Below, in pieces: positions 28,678 through 37,646 of a stretch of DNA of 64,000 nucleotides; the first letter of the stretch is position 1; the number at the start of each line of letters is the position of its first letter. The position numbers were made by a program, and so were the translations under genes. Origin of the DNA: an uncultured Ignavibacteria bacterium (GTDB lineage: Bacteria; Bacteroidota; Ignavibacteria; Ignavibacteriales; Ignavibacteriaceae); NCBI GenBank assembly GCA_963774455.1, contig CAVZFD010000005.1, positions 865,055-929,054 on the forward strand, written 5' to 3'. A model generated the notes under the pieces. That model had not been told where the DNA came from, did no database searches, and worked only from the letters and a program-made list of their open reading frames with translations.

Positions 28678-31296
28678 ATGAAAAATCTTTTTCAATTGTT
28701 ACTGGGTCTACTTTTCCTTTCCTGGAGCCTTTCCACAGTGGTATTGGCTCAACAAGCTTCAACCGGTCATACCGAAAAAACATCCTTTATGAATCCTGAT
28801 CAGGAATGCACCGGAACCGGCGAATTAATTTACGATGATGGCACATTTGAGAATGGTTACGGCTGGAATGCTGCTGTCGTTACACAGGGTATAATCACTA
28901 TGCTGTTTACTCCGGATGAATACCCCTGGCAGTTCACTACTATGTGTGTTGCCCTGACCCAAAATCAAACAAACAACCTGACATTTGATATTGTTATGTA
29001 TGATGATGATGGCGCAGGCGGTGCTCCCGGCACAGTACTCGGAGAGGTAACCGGTTTAAGTGCAACAGGTATTCCCGGGTGGCCGGCTTTGGGATGGTAT
29101 GAATTTGATATGTCTTCCACTGCAGCTTTAGTGGATGGTTCCTGCTATATCGGAATCAGATGGAATAGCGTTGCTACTTACCCGGGAACTTATATCGGAG
29201 CTGATGAATCGACTACCACTACTATGCAGCCTGGCTATAACTGGAATGATAATGCCGGAACATGGTCAACTAATGTATCACTATGGGCGGGTTATAGAGC
29301 GATGGGTATAAGGACATTAGGTGAACCTGCAATTCCTTGTCCGGTAGATCCTGCAACTGATCCTAATCCTGCAGATATGGCTACGGATGTAAGTGTGGGC
29401 ATAGGAAGTCTTTCATGGACTAATGGAGCCAATACCACAGCCAATGAAGTTTGGTTTGGCGAAGTTGGAAATATGTCGATGGTTTATGATGGTGCTCCAA
29501 TTACAACCTGGAGCCTGGGCACGCTTGATTACAATACAGACTATCAGTGGCGCATAAGGTGCAAGAATGACAGTTGCGGTAAAAATAGTACCTGGACTTT
29601 CACAACTGAACAGGATCCGAATTTATTAACACTTATGATGGATGATTTTGAATCGGGTCTTGGCAACTGGACAGTAAATACAACAGGCGGATGTCCCTGG
29701 GCAATATTCACAGATCCCGCTATAACAGGACGTTATACACTTCCTCCTACTGCAGGCGGCGGAATACTTGCAGCTGATGCTGATAATTGCGGCAGCAGCG
29801 GCGGCGGTTCGTCAGGATCTGTAACTTTTAACAATCCTATCGATGCTACTCAATATAGTTCAGTTGCAATAGAATGGGATAATGACTGGCAGGCAATCAG
29901 TACATCCGACTTTGCATACGTTGATGTAAGCACTGACGGCGGAACTACCTGGCAGAACGTTATAACATTTAATGATATTGATGTCAGAAATACTCATGAA
30001 TACTATGATATCTCATCTTTGGTAGCAGGTCAGTCATTTATGCTTCGTTTTGTTTCAGTACAGCCCGCATGGGATTGGTGGTGGGCAGTAGATAATGTAA
30101 AGGTAACCGGCTGGGGCGGCGAAACGGCTTTCACGGAAAACTTTGATGCTTTCACTGCAGGTCAGCAGGTTGCATGCCAGGATTCGACAAACTGGACAAC
30201 ATGGAGCCAGGATCCTTGCAACGCAACTGAAGATGCGTATGTATCAGATGCCTATGCATTCAGCGGTGCCAATTCAGCAGTAATTGTTACCAATAATGAT
30301 TTAGTTAAACCTCTTGGCGGACAAACCACCGGAACCTGGTATATTAGCATGATGGTTTATATACCGACAGGCAAAGCTGGTTACTTCAATACACTAGGTG
30401 AATTCTTCGGAACCCCGCAGGCATGGGCGATGGAAGTCTACTTTGATGCCGGTGGCGCAGGAAGACTTCTCAACGGTGGTACTGTTAACTTTACCTGGGC
30501 AGAGAATACCTGGCAGCAGGTATTGCTAGTGGTGGATCTTGATGCGGATCAGGCTGAGTTATTCTTTGGAACAACTGATCCCCTACTTTCAGTTGCTTCA
30601 TGGCAGTGGTCACAGGGCGGAACAATACCGTTGAAAATCGATGCTAATGACTTCTTCGGTGCAACCCCCAATGACGAAATGTACTTTGATAATTACTATT
30701 TCGGCCAGACAATGCCTCCGATCATTCCGGTAGAACTTACTTCATTCAGTGCTAAAGCTAATAATGGTAATGTTGTTCTTAATTGGGCAACAGCTACAGA
30801 GACGAATAATAAGGGATTCGAAGTTCAGAGAAGCGCTGGTAATGAATTTGTCACAATCGGATTCGTTAACGGTAACGGAACATCAACTCAAACACACGAG
30901 TATTCGTTTGTTGATAATATGGTCGCAACCGGCCAGTATTCCTACAGACTAAGACAGGTGGACTTTGATGGAACCTCAGCATACTCAAAGGTAGTTGAGA
31001 TTAGTGTTGTTGCTCCAATGGTTTATTCATTAGAACAGAACTATCCAAACCCGTTCAACCCAACGACCCAAATTAACTTCAGTCTTGCTTCAGATTCGAA
31101 GGTAACACTGAAGATATTTGATATTCTTGGTCAGGAAGTTGCGACGCTGTTAAACGGAAACCTGTTGGCAGGTCCGCATATGATTAACTTTAATGCTACC
31201 AGTCTAACCAGCGGTGTTTATCTCTATAGAATAGATGCTACAGGTGCAGACGGCAGTAACTTTACTGCAGTTAAGAAAATGCTCTTAACTAAGTAA
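28678..31296 (+). CDS. T9SS cargo protein B: paralog of A with an extra domain of about 200 aa before the C-terminal cassette
   Basis: Signal peptide with AGGAGG upstream. Same module order as A, plus the insert TAFTENFDAFTAGQQ...YFDNYYFG. The T9SS tail is NYPNPFNPTTQINFSL...SGVYLYRID...VKKMLLTK. Confidence 0.85.
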   Translation: MKNLFQLLLGLLFLSWSLSTVVLAQQASTGHTEKTSFMNPDQECTGTGELIYDDGTFENGYGWNAAVVTQGIITMLFTPDEYPWQFTTMCVALTQNQTNNLTFDIVMYDDDGAGGAPGTVLGEVTGLSATGIPGWPALGWYEFDMSSTAALVDGSCYIGIRWNSVATYPGTYIGADESTTTTMQPGYNWNDNAGTWSTNVSLWAGYRAMGIRTLGEPAIPCPVDPATDPNPADMATDVSVGIGSLSWTNGANTTANEVWFGEVGNMSMVYDGAPITTWSLGTLDYNTDYQWRIRCKNDSCGKNSTWTFTTEQDPNLLTLMMDDFESGLGNWTVNTTGGCPWAIFTDPAITGRYTLPPTAGGGILAADADNCGSSGGGSSGSVTFNNPIDATQYSSVAIEWDNDWQAISTSDFAYVDVSTDGGTTWQNVITFNDIDVRNTHEYYDISSLVAGQSFMLRFVSVQPAWDWWWAVDNVKVTGWGGETAFTENFDAFTAGQQVACQDSTNWTTWSQDPCNATEDAYVSDAYAFSGANSAVIVTNNDLVKPLGGQTTGTWYISMMVYIPTGKAGYFNTLGEFFGTPQAWAMEVYFDAGGAGRLLNGGTVNFTWAENTWQQVLLVVDLDADQAELFFGTTDPLLSVASWQWSQGGTIPLKIDANDFFGATPNDEMYFDNYYFGQTMPPIIPVELTSFSAKANNGNVVLNWATATETNNKGFEVQRSAGNEFVTIGFVNGNGTSTQTHEYSFVDNMVATGQYSYRLRQVDFDGTSAYSKVVEISVVAPMVYSLEQNYPNPFNPTTQINFSLASDSKVTLKIFDILGQEVATLLNGNLLAGPHMINFNATSLTSGVYLYRIDATGADGSNFTAVKKMLLTK
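29611..30115 (+). repeat. about 505-bp near-identical module, copy 2 (inside cargo gene B)
   Basis: See copy 1. The flanking N-terminal domains of A and B show no comparable nucleotide similarity. Confidence 0.85.
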
Positions 31297-31314
31297 TAGT
31301 TTCTTCTCTTTACA

Positions 31315-31346
31315 AGCCCGGCTATATCAGCCGGGCTTTTTTTTTA
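31315..31346 (+). terminator. intrinsic terminator after cargo gene B
   Basis: Perfect 9-bp stem AGCCCGGCT / AGCCGGGCT with a 5-nt loop, followed by a run of nine T. Confidence 0.75.
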
Positions 31347-31723
31347 GAATCTGGTAAATCCCCTCCTTCATTTGCCTCAAAAAAAATCAAAGAAGCAAGT
31401 CTCTTTTTCTTGTAACTAATTTTCAAGTTTTGTAGTTTTATCTCAATTCATAATAACTCATAACCCCGATGAATTTACGTGAGCTTCTCTGAGGCCCTTT
31501 CCTAAATAATTCTGAAATGAATTAGTCCGAGAAGTAGACATGAAGATCTATGGTTTCACTTAAAACTAACCGTTCAATTGTGTTTTGAATATGAAATTAA
31601 TAATCTATTAATCTTCAAGGGTTGCAATTAAAAAAAATATTGCTGAAATTTATTAAGCAAATAAACAGCTCTTCACATTATTGGGAGAACTTTACTCTAA
31701 TCCACACTCAAAAAGGAGTAATT

Positions 31724-33586
31724 ATGAAAAAACTCTATATCGTTTTTTTCATTTTAATAGGTTGTTCAATTCTCTTCGGACAATCTAAAATGACAGCCTT
31801 ACCTCAATCCCCAAATTATAATCCAATATCGATTAATCCAGGTTTAGACGGAATTAATGATATTAAATGGGAGGAAACCTTTAATACAACCACACCTCCT
31901 TCCGATTGGACTATTCTTGATAATGACGGCAGCGGAACTGCATGGGAATTCAGACAGGTTGTAGCATTTACAAGCGGAGATACAGTCTATCCTCAGGCTG
32001 GTCAAAGTTTTTGGTTCAGTAACTTTAATAATGCCAATTCAAGCGGTTTGATAGACGAATGGATAATTTCACCGCAACTTCCAATGGTATCAAGCGGAGA
32101 TAGTATATATTTCTACGCCGGAGCTATTGATGCAGGGTACGATGATTCATTAAAGGTATGGGTATCTACTACAGATATCAACCCGACCAGCTTTACACAG
32201 ATAGGGTATTTTAAAGTTGACGGACCCGTAGGAAGCTGGCATCAGTACGGTTTTGATCTTTCGGCTTTTGCCGGAAGCCAGGTTCATATAGCTGTTAATT
32301 ATTATATAGTTGACGGTGGTCCTTCAGGAAATTACTCTGATAACGTATGGGTCGATCATTTTATTATGACGGGATCAAGCGGTCCTGCGGTGATTCCAAT
32401 TTCCCAGGCTATAGAAGATTTAAATAATGATTTTATTCCTGATCATCTTGGCGAAACAGTAACAATTCAGGGCGTTGTATTTTCACCTAATTACCAGACT
32501 TCTAATAACTCTTTCTATATTTCTGATGGTACAGCCGGAACAGATATCTTTTCCTACGCTCCTCCGTTGTTCACCTGGAATATGGGAGATATGCTGGAAA
32601 TTACTGGTGAAGTCAATCAGTATAATGGAATGACTGAAATAATACCTGCCGACTCTACGGGATGGGTATTTATTAGCTCAGGTAATCCGACCCCTGATCC
32701 GATTGTCCTGACCCTGGCGCAATATAAAGCCGATCCTGAATTGTACGAAGGATCTCTTGTCGGCTTTATGTCATTAAATCTTGTAGGCGGAACCTGGCCT
32801 GGTGCTGGTTCAAGTGCTAACTTACAGTTAAGTGACGGAGCCGATACTGTAACATTCAGAATAGATTCCGATACTGATATTGACGGACAGCCTGAACCAA
32901 CCTGGCCGGCCGATGTCTTAGGAATAGGCAGTCAGTTTGATTCCAGTGTTCCACCTGACGGAGGATACCAGATATTCCCGAGATATTATGCTGTTGATTT
33001 TCTGCCCCCGGGAACGATACCAGTAGAATTAACCTCGTTTACTGCTAAAGCTAACCTGAATTCAGTATCATTAAGCTGGAATACTGCAACTGAAACAAAT
33101 AACGAAGGATTTGAAATCCAGAGAAATTCAGGAAGCGGATTCTCTACGATAGGATTTGTACATGGAAACGGTACATCAACACAGGCTCATTCATATACTT
33201 TTGTTGATCAGAATATTGCCGCTGGACAATATACCTACAGACTGAAACAGGTCGATTTCCAGGGAACATATTCTTTCAGTTCAGAGGTTTCAGTTAAAGT
33301 AACTCCTGTATCTTATTCTCTTGCACAGAATTACCCTAATCCATTTAACCCAACAACTATGATTAACTTCAACCTCAGAGTTGACTCAAAGGTCTCTTTG
33401 AAGATCTTCAATATCCTGGGTCAGGAAGTTGCTCAGCTTGTTAATAATACAATGGTTTCCGGTAACCATCAGATAAATTTTGATGCTTCTAAACTTAACA
33501 GCGGTGTTTACCTATACCGTCTGGAAGCTGCCGGAATAGATGGTTCAACATTTACTGCTGTAAAGAAAATGATGTTGACCAAATAA
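31724..33586 (+). CDS. T9SS cargo protein C: choice-of-anchor-J-like N-terminal domain, OB/beta-barrel-like middle domains, FN3-like PVELTSF module and T9SS sorting domain
   Basis: I prefer the ATG at 31724 (AAAGGAG upstream; MKKLYIVFFILIGCSILFGQ signal peptide) over the TTG at 31622. The N-terminal WEETFNTTTPPSDWTILDNDGSGTAWEF...DEWIISPQL pattern and the T9SS tail NYPNPFNPTTMINFNL...VKKMMLTK support the domain calls. Confidence 0.85.
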   Translation: MKKLYIVFFILIGCSILFGQSKMTALPQSPNYNPISINPGLDGINDIKWEETFNTTTPPSDWTILDNDGSGTAWEFRQVVAFTSGDTVYPQAGQSFWFSNFNNANSSGLIDEWIISPQLPMVSSGDSIYFYAGAIDAGYDDSLKVWVSTTDINPTSFTQIGYFKVDGPVGSWHQYGFDLSAFAGSQVHIAVNYYIVDGGPSGNYSDNVWVDHFIMTGSSGPAVIPISQAIEDLNNDFIPDHLGETVTIQGVVFSPNYQTSNNSFYISDGTAGTDIFSYAPPLFTWNMGDMLEITGEVNQYNGMTEIIPADSTGWVFISSGNPTPDPIVLTLAQYKADPELYEGSLVGFMSLNLVGGTWPGAGSSANLQLSDGADTVTFRIDSDTDIDGQPEPTWPADVLGIGSQFDSSVPPDGGYQIFPRYYAVDFLPPGTIPVELTSFTAKANLNSVSLSWNTATETNNEGFEIQRNSGSGFSTIGFVHGNGTSTQAHSYTFVDQNIAAGQYTYRLKQVDFQGTYSFSSEVSVKVTPVSYSLAQNYPNPFNPTTMINFNLRVDSKVSLKIFNILGQEVAQLVNNTMVSGNHQINFDASKLNSGVYLYRLEAAGIDGSTFTAVKKMMLTK

Positions 33587-33603
33587 GTTCTATTTAATTC
33601 AAG

Positions 33604-33630
33604 AAAGCCGGTTTTTAAGCCGGCTTTTTT
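33604..33630 (+). terminator. intrinsic terminator after cargo gene C
   Basis: AAAGCCGG / CCGGCTTT stem followed by a T-run. Confidence 0.6.
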
Positions 33631-33714
33631 GTTTACTGCCGGTTCAGCCCACCTCTTTTACTACATTGCTACTTCTAATCTATTTTAATAATTTGAACCC
33701 GGTTTTTATTAAAT

Positions 33715-34236
33715 ATGAGTGAAAAAATGAAATACTTAATTCTGTCTTTTTTCTTCACCGGCGTATTATTCTTTAACGGGTGCAGCAGTAAATCTGCTGA
33801 TGATTATATGAAGACGGCGAAGGAAAATGTTAAACAAAAAAATATTTCTGAAGCAATTAATAATTATGAATCTGTGATCCAGGAATTCCCTGAAAGTCCC
33901 CAGGCTCCTGATGCATTATTCCAGGTTGCAACCTTATATCAGAATAAAATGGTAAAAAATATTTCTGATATTGAGTCATATAAAAAGGCTGAGGAAATTT
34001 TCCGCAAGGTATACAATAAGTATCCGGATGATAAAAAAGCTCCAATGGCATTATTTCTATCAGGGTTCATCCTTGCAAATGATCTTAGAAACTTTCAGAG
34101 CGCAACCAACACATACAACTTATTCCTTGAAAAATATCCGAAACATGAGCTTGCCTCATCCGCGAAAGAAGAATTAAGTAATATGGGCTTAAGTCCTGAC
34201 CAGATCCTGCAGAAGAAAGCACAGAAAAATATATAG
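33715..34236 (+). CDS. TPR-repeat lipoprotein
   Basis: Lipobox FFNGC and TPR-like repeats (AINNYESVIQEFPESPQAPDALFQVA; EIFRKVYNKYPDDKKAPMALF; NTYNLFLEKYPKHELA). Confidence 0.7.
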   Translation: MSEKMKYLILSFFFTGVLFFNGCSSKSADDYMKTAKENVKQKNISEAINNYESVIQEFPESPQAPDALFQVATLYQNKMVKNISDIESYKKAEEIFRKVYNKYPDDKKAPMALFLSGFILANDLRNFQSATNTYNLFLEKYPKHELASSAKEELSNMGLSPDQILQKKAQKNI

Positions 34237-35145
34237 ATGGCAAAGGCAGCCCAGGATTATAAAAATTTTCTGAATCCGTCGATTGTTTCGAAATTAAATT
34301 CCCTCGAATTAAAGGCAAGACTTGTAGTAGAAGGTTTTATGGTGGGACTGCATAAAAGTCCCTACCATGGCTTCAGCGTCGAGTTTACCGAACACCGTCC
34401 ATATATGCAGGGGGATAGTCTTAAGGACATTGACTGGAAGGTTTACGGAAAAACAGAAAAGTTCTTTATCAAACAGTACGAAGAAGAAACCAACCTTAAA
34501 AGCTATATTCTTCTTGATTCAAGCAAATCGATGAAGTACAGCTCCGGTAAGAATATTTCAAAACTGGAATACGGTATCACACTTGTGGCAGCTTTAAGTT
34601 ACCTGATGATTAAACAGAAAGATGCTGTGGGACTTACAGTGTACTCCGACCAGGTAAAAAGTTATTTTCCTCCCAGGGCTGCAAAAACATATCTCCAGGA
34701 AATATTGAAAAGTCTCAGCACTCTCGAAGCATCAAGTAAGACCAATACTGCGTCCTGTCTGAATGCAATCGCAGAGAAAATCAAGAGAAGAGGACTGGTA
34801 ATTATCGTCTCGGACCTGTTTGATGATGTTAATTCAATTTTATCTGCGTTAAAGCATTTCAGGTACCAGAGGAATGAAGTGATTGTTTTCCAGCTGCTTG
34901 ATCCTGTAGAGAGAAGCTTCTCGTTCGGAGCTGATGCTGTCTTCCGGGATCTTGAGACAGACGAAGAGATGACGACGCGCCCTTACCAGATACAGAAGGC
35001 CTACCAGCAGGCGATGCAGGAATTCGTGGATAAAATAAAAAAGGAATGCCTTAATTCTAATATTGAATATAATCTCATCGACACTTCAATGCCTTTCGAT
35101 AAAGCACTGTTCAGCTACATTCAGAAAAGAAGCATGCTTTATTGA
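34237..35145 (+). CDS. DUF58 (vWA-like, MoxR-associated) protein
   Basis: Hallmark GLHKSPYHGFSVEFTEHRPYMQGDSLKDIDWKVYGKTEKFFIKQYEEE. Confidence 0.85.
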   Translation: MAKAAQDYKNFLNPSIVSKLNSLELKARLVVEGFMVGLHKSPYHGFSVEFTEHRPYMQGDSLKDIDWKVYGKTEKFFIKQYEEETNLKSYILLDSSKSMKYSSGKNISKLEYGITLVAALSYLMIKQKDAVGLTVYSDQVKSYFPPRAAKTYLQEILKSLSTLEASSKTNTASCLNAIAEKIKRRGLVIIVSDLFDDVNSILSALKHFRYQRNEVIVFQLLDPVERSFSFGADAVFRDLETDEEMTTRPYQIQKAYQQAMQEFVDKIKKECLNSNIEYNLIDTSMPFDKALFSYIQKRSMLY

Positions 35146-36494
35146 GCAAGCTTTTTAACTTCCTGCATATAATTCTCCGCTAAGTTTTCAGAAGCAGCCT
35201 TATCTCCAGCCTCAGTTATAACCCTTATTATCGGTTCTGTGTTCGATTTTCTCAGATGTACCCAGTGATCCTTAAAGTCAATCCGTAAACCATCTTCTGT
35301 ATTTATATTCTCACCGCTGTATTTTTTAATTAGTCCGGCGAGAACGGCATCAGGATTTATATTCCCGGTATTTATTTTTTTCTTGGTGATATAATAAGAG
35401 GGGAGTGACTGCTTAAGCTCATCCATCGTTCCGCCGGACTCAAGAAGATGCTGGAGTGTTATCACGATACCAACGAGAGCGTCTCTGCCGTAATGCAGCG
35501 CGGGATATATAACTCCACCGCTTCCCTCACCGCCTATTACGGCATTAACTTCCTTCATCTTTTTTACAACGTTGGCCTCACCTACAGCTGAACGATAGAC
35601 CCTGCCGCCTGTAGGCGCAGTTACATCATCAACCCCACGTGTTGTTGATAAATTAACAACAACATCACCCTTTTCTTTAGATAGAATGAACTTCACAGCC
35701 TGGGTTATCGTATTTTCTTCACCGAAGGGAGTCCCTTTTTCCGTTATCAGCACCAGCCTGTCAACATCAGGATCAACAACAACAGCAAGATCGGCTTTGT
35801 GCTTTTTAACTTCAGCCATTGTATCGATGAGATTTTCGGGAATAGGTTCAGGCAGCCTGGGGAAAATTCCGGTCTTCTCACAGTTGTATTCAATTACCTC
35901 ACATCCGAGTTCGCGGAGCAGTTCAGGGATTACATAGACTCCGGCTCCATTCACGCAATCAGCGAGTACTCTGAATCTCCTTTTTCTTATAGCTTCTTTA
36001 TCGATATATTTCAATGACAGGGCATCGTGCATATGTTTCTTTATGCCCTCCGAATAGAGGGTGGTTTTCCCAATATTATCCCACAGTTGAAATTTATTCT
36101 GTCCGAGGTTCAGTATTTTAAGAAGTTGTGTGTTTTCTTCGGGCGTCATAAACTGTCCTGTCGAGTTCAACAGTTTCAAAGCGTTCCATTCATTAGGATT
36201 GTGGCTGGCAGAAATTGCAATCCCTCCCTGAGCGTTTAATGTTTTAACCGTATACTGAACTGTCGGGGTGGGGCAGATACCTATATCAAGCACATCGATT
36301 CCCTTTGCATTAAGGGTTGCTGTCACGATTGAATTAACCATTTCCCCGGTTATACGTGCATCGCGGCCCACAACTATTTTTCCACGTCCCACAAAATCTG
36401 CATAAGCTGAAGTAAAATTAACTATCACATTAGGATCCAGACCGTCGCCAACTATACCGCGTATTCCTGATATACTTACCATCAAGGTAGACAT
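35139..36494 (-). CDS. glmM: phosphoglucosamine mutase / phosphohexomutase family
   Basis: SGIRGIVG, the phosphoserine loop ISASHNPNEWNALK, the metal loop VVDPDVDRL, and the sugar loop GGEGSGG. The specificity (GlcN versus Man/Glc) is not certain. Confidence 0.75.
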   Translation of the reverse strand: MSTLMVSISGIRGIVGDGLDPNVIVNFTSAYADFVGRGKIVVGRDARITGEMVNSIVTATLNAKGIDVLDIGICPTPTVQYTVKTLNAQGGIAISASHNPNEWNALKLLNSTGQFMTPEENTQLLKILNLGQNKFQLWDNIGKTTLYSEGIKKHMHDALSLKYIDKEAIRKRRFRVLADCVNGAGVYVIPELLRELGCEVIEYNCEKTGIFPRLPEPIPENLIDTMAEVKKHKADLAVVVDPDVDRLVLITEKGTPFGEENTITQAVKFILSKEKGDVVVNLSTTRGVDDVTAPTGGRVYRSAVGEANVVKKMKEVNAVIGGEGSGGVIYPALHYGRDALVGIVITLQHLLESGGTMDELKQSLPSYYITKKKINTGNINPDAVLAGLIKKYSGENINTEDGLRIDFKDHWVHLRKSNTEPIIRVITEAGDKAASENLAENYMQEVKKLAQ

Positions 36495-36672
36495 TAATCC
36501 TCCGAAATTTCAATTCAAAAGACAAAAATAAGATAATTTCTGCTTTTTGTAAGTTATTGTTAATTTAAGCAGAGTTTATTCCCCTGATATATTAAACAAA
36601 GAAAGGATCGCTTACCTTGAATTTAGCGGCAGAGCGTTTAGGTAAAGACTTTTAGTTACGGACTTAATTCTA

Positions 36673-36738
36673 CCTGAATACGTCCTGAATACGTCCTGAA
36701 TACGTTCTGAATACGTTCTGAATACGTTCTAAATACGT
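36673..36738. repeat. six head-to-tail copies of an 11-bp unit (3x CCTGAATACGT, 2x TCTGAATACGT, 1x TCTAAATACGT)
   Basis: Read directly from the sequence. It lies in the divergent intergenic region between the glmM-like gene (start 36494, minus strand) and nth (start 36786, plus strand). Confidence 0.95.
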
Positions 36739-36785
36739 TCCAGGCAGAGTATGACAAATTTACGTCCTTATTATTAAAAATTGTT

Positions 36786-37505
36786 ATGAAAGCACTACCC
36801 ACGAAAATTAAGCAGGTCAACAACCTGCTGGTAAAAAGGTTCGGTATTCCTGAAAGGAAGAAAGTAAATCCAGATCCTGTAGACCTTTTAATTGCGACAA
36901 TTCTTTCACAGAATACGAATGACAGGAACTCTTATAAAGCCTTTCGTAATCTGAAAGATAATTTTAAGGACTGGGACGAGGTGGAAAAACTGGCGGCTTC
37001 CCGGATAGAAAAGTATATCAGGGTTGCAGGACTGGGAAAGCAGAAATCCAATGCTATCAAAGGTTTTCTTAAGCAGCTGAAAAAGCAGTCAGGCAAAATT
37101 TCTCTCGATCATCTTGATAAAAAAACTGACTATGAAGTAATTGAGGAACTCACATCTTATAATGGTATCGGTGTTAAAACCGCGAGCTGCGTGCTTCTTT
37201 TTGCAATGGGCCGGAATGTCTGTCCCGTTGATACTCATGTTCATAGAACCGCAAACCGTATTGGCCTGGTTAGCACCAGGAGTCCCGACAAAACATTCTT
37301 GATCCTTAACGAGAATTTTCCAACTGGAATCGCTCATTCGTTCCACACAAATCTTATAAAATTAGGGAGGGAGATCTGCCGGCCGGCAAAGCCATGGTGC
37401 TCTGTTTGCCCCCTGATAAAAATCTGTGAATTCCCGGAAAAAAACTATGAATTGCCGGGTAAAACTTCTGCTTCCGGATTTATGCTTCTTGATAATGTTG
37501 CCTGA
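36786..37505 (+). CDS. nth: endonuclease III-family DNA glycosylase (HhH-GPD with 4Fe-4S cluster)
   Basis: HhH motif GIGVKTASCVLLFAMGRNVCPVDTHVHR with the catalytic Lys and Asp contexts. Cluster ligands are CRPAKPWCSVCPLIKIC (C-x6-C-x2-C-x5-C). Confidence 0.88.
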   Translation: MKALPTKIKQVNNLLVKRFGIPERKKVNPDPVDLLIATILSQNTNDRNSYKAFRNLKDNFKDWDEVEKLAASRIEKYIRVAGLGKQKSNAIKGFLKQLKKQSGKISLDHLDKKTDYEVIEELTSYNGIGVKTASCVLLFAMGRNVCPVDTHVHRTANRIGLVSTRSPDKTFLILNENFPTGIAHSFHTNLIKLGREICRPAKPWCSVCPLIKICEFPEKNYELPGKTSASGFMLLDNVA

Positions 37506-37646
37506 ACCCGGGTGTATGTACCATAAGTATTTGTGATATAGAAGATTATCAGGATTTATCCATTCAACTTTTCTTTTATTTTTGTTCGAATTCACTTAAA
37601 TTAGTTTACTATAATAATCCATCAAAAAAATCACAGGAGAAGATTA

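Noticed and set aside
33715-35145. The TPR lipoprotein plus DUF58 pair as a fragment of a Bat/MoxR-vWA aerotolerance-type system.
   Set aside because: No MoxR AAA+ ATPase or vWA/BatA-BatB genes are adjacent. The partners may lie elsewhere, so from this window it is just two conserved genes of unknown role.
36673-36738. Whether the 11-bp tandem array could be a CRISPR array or a degenerate CRISPR.
   Set aside because: The units are contiguous with no spacers and are far shorter than CRISPR repeats. No cas genes occur anywhere in the window.
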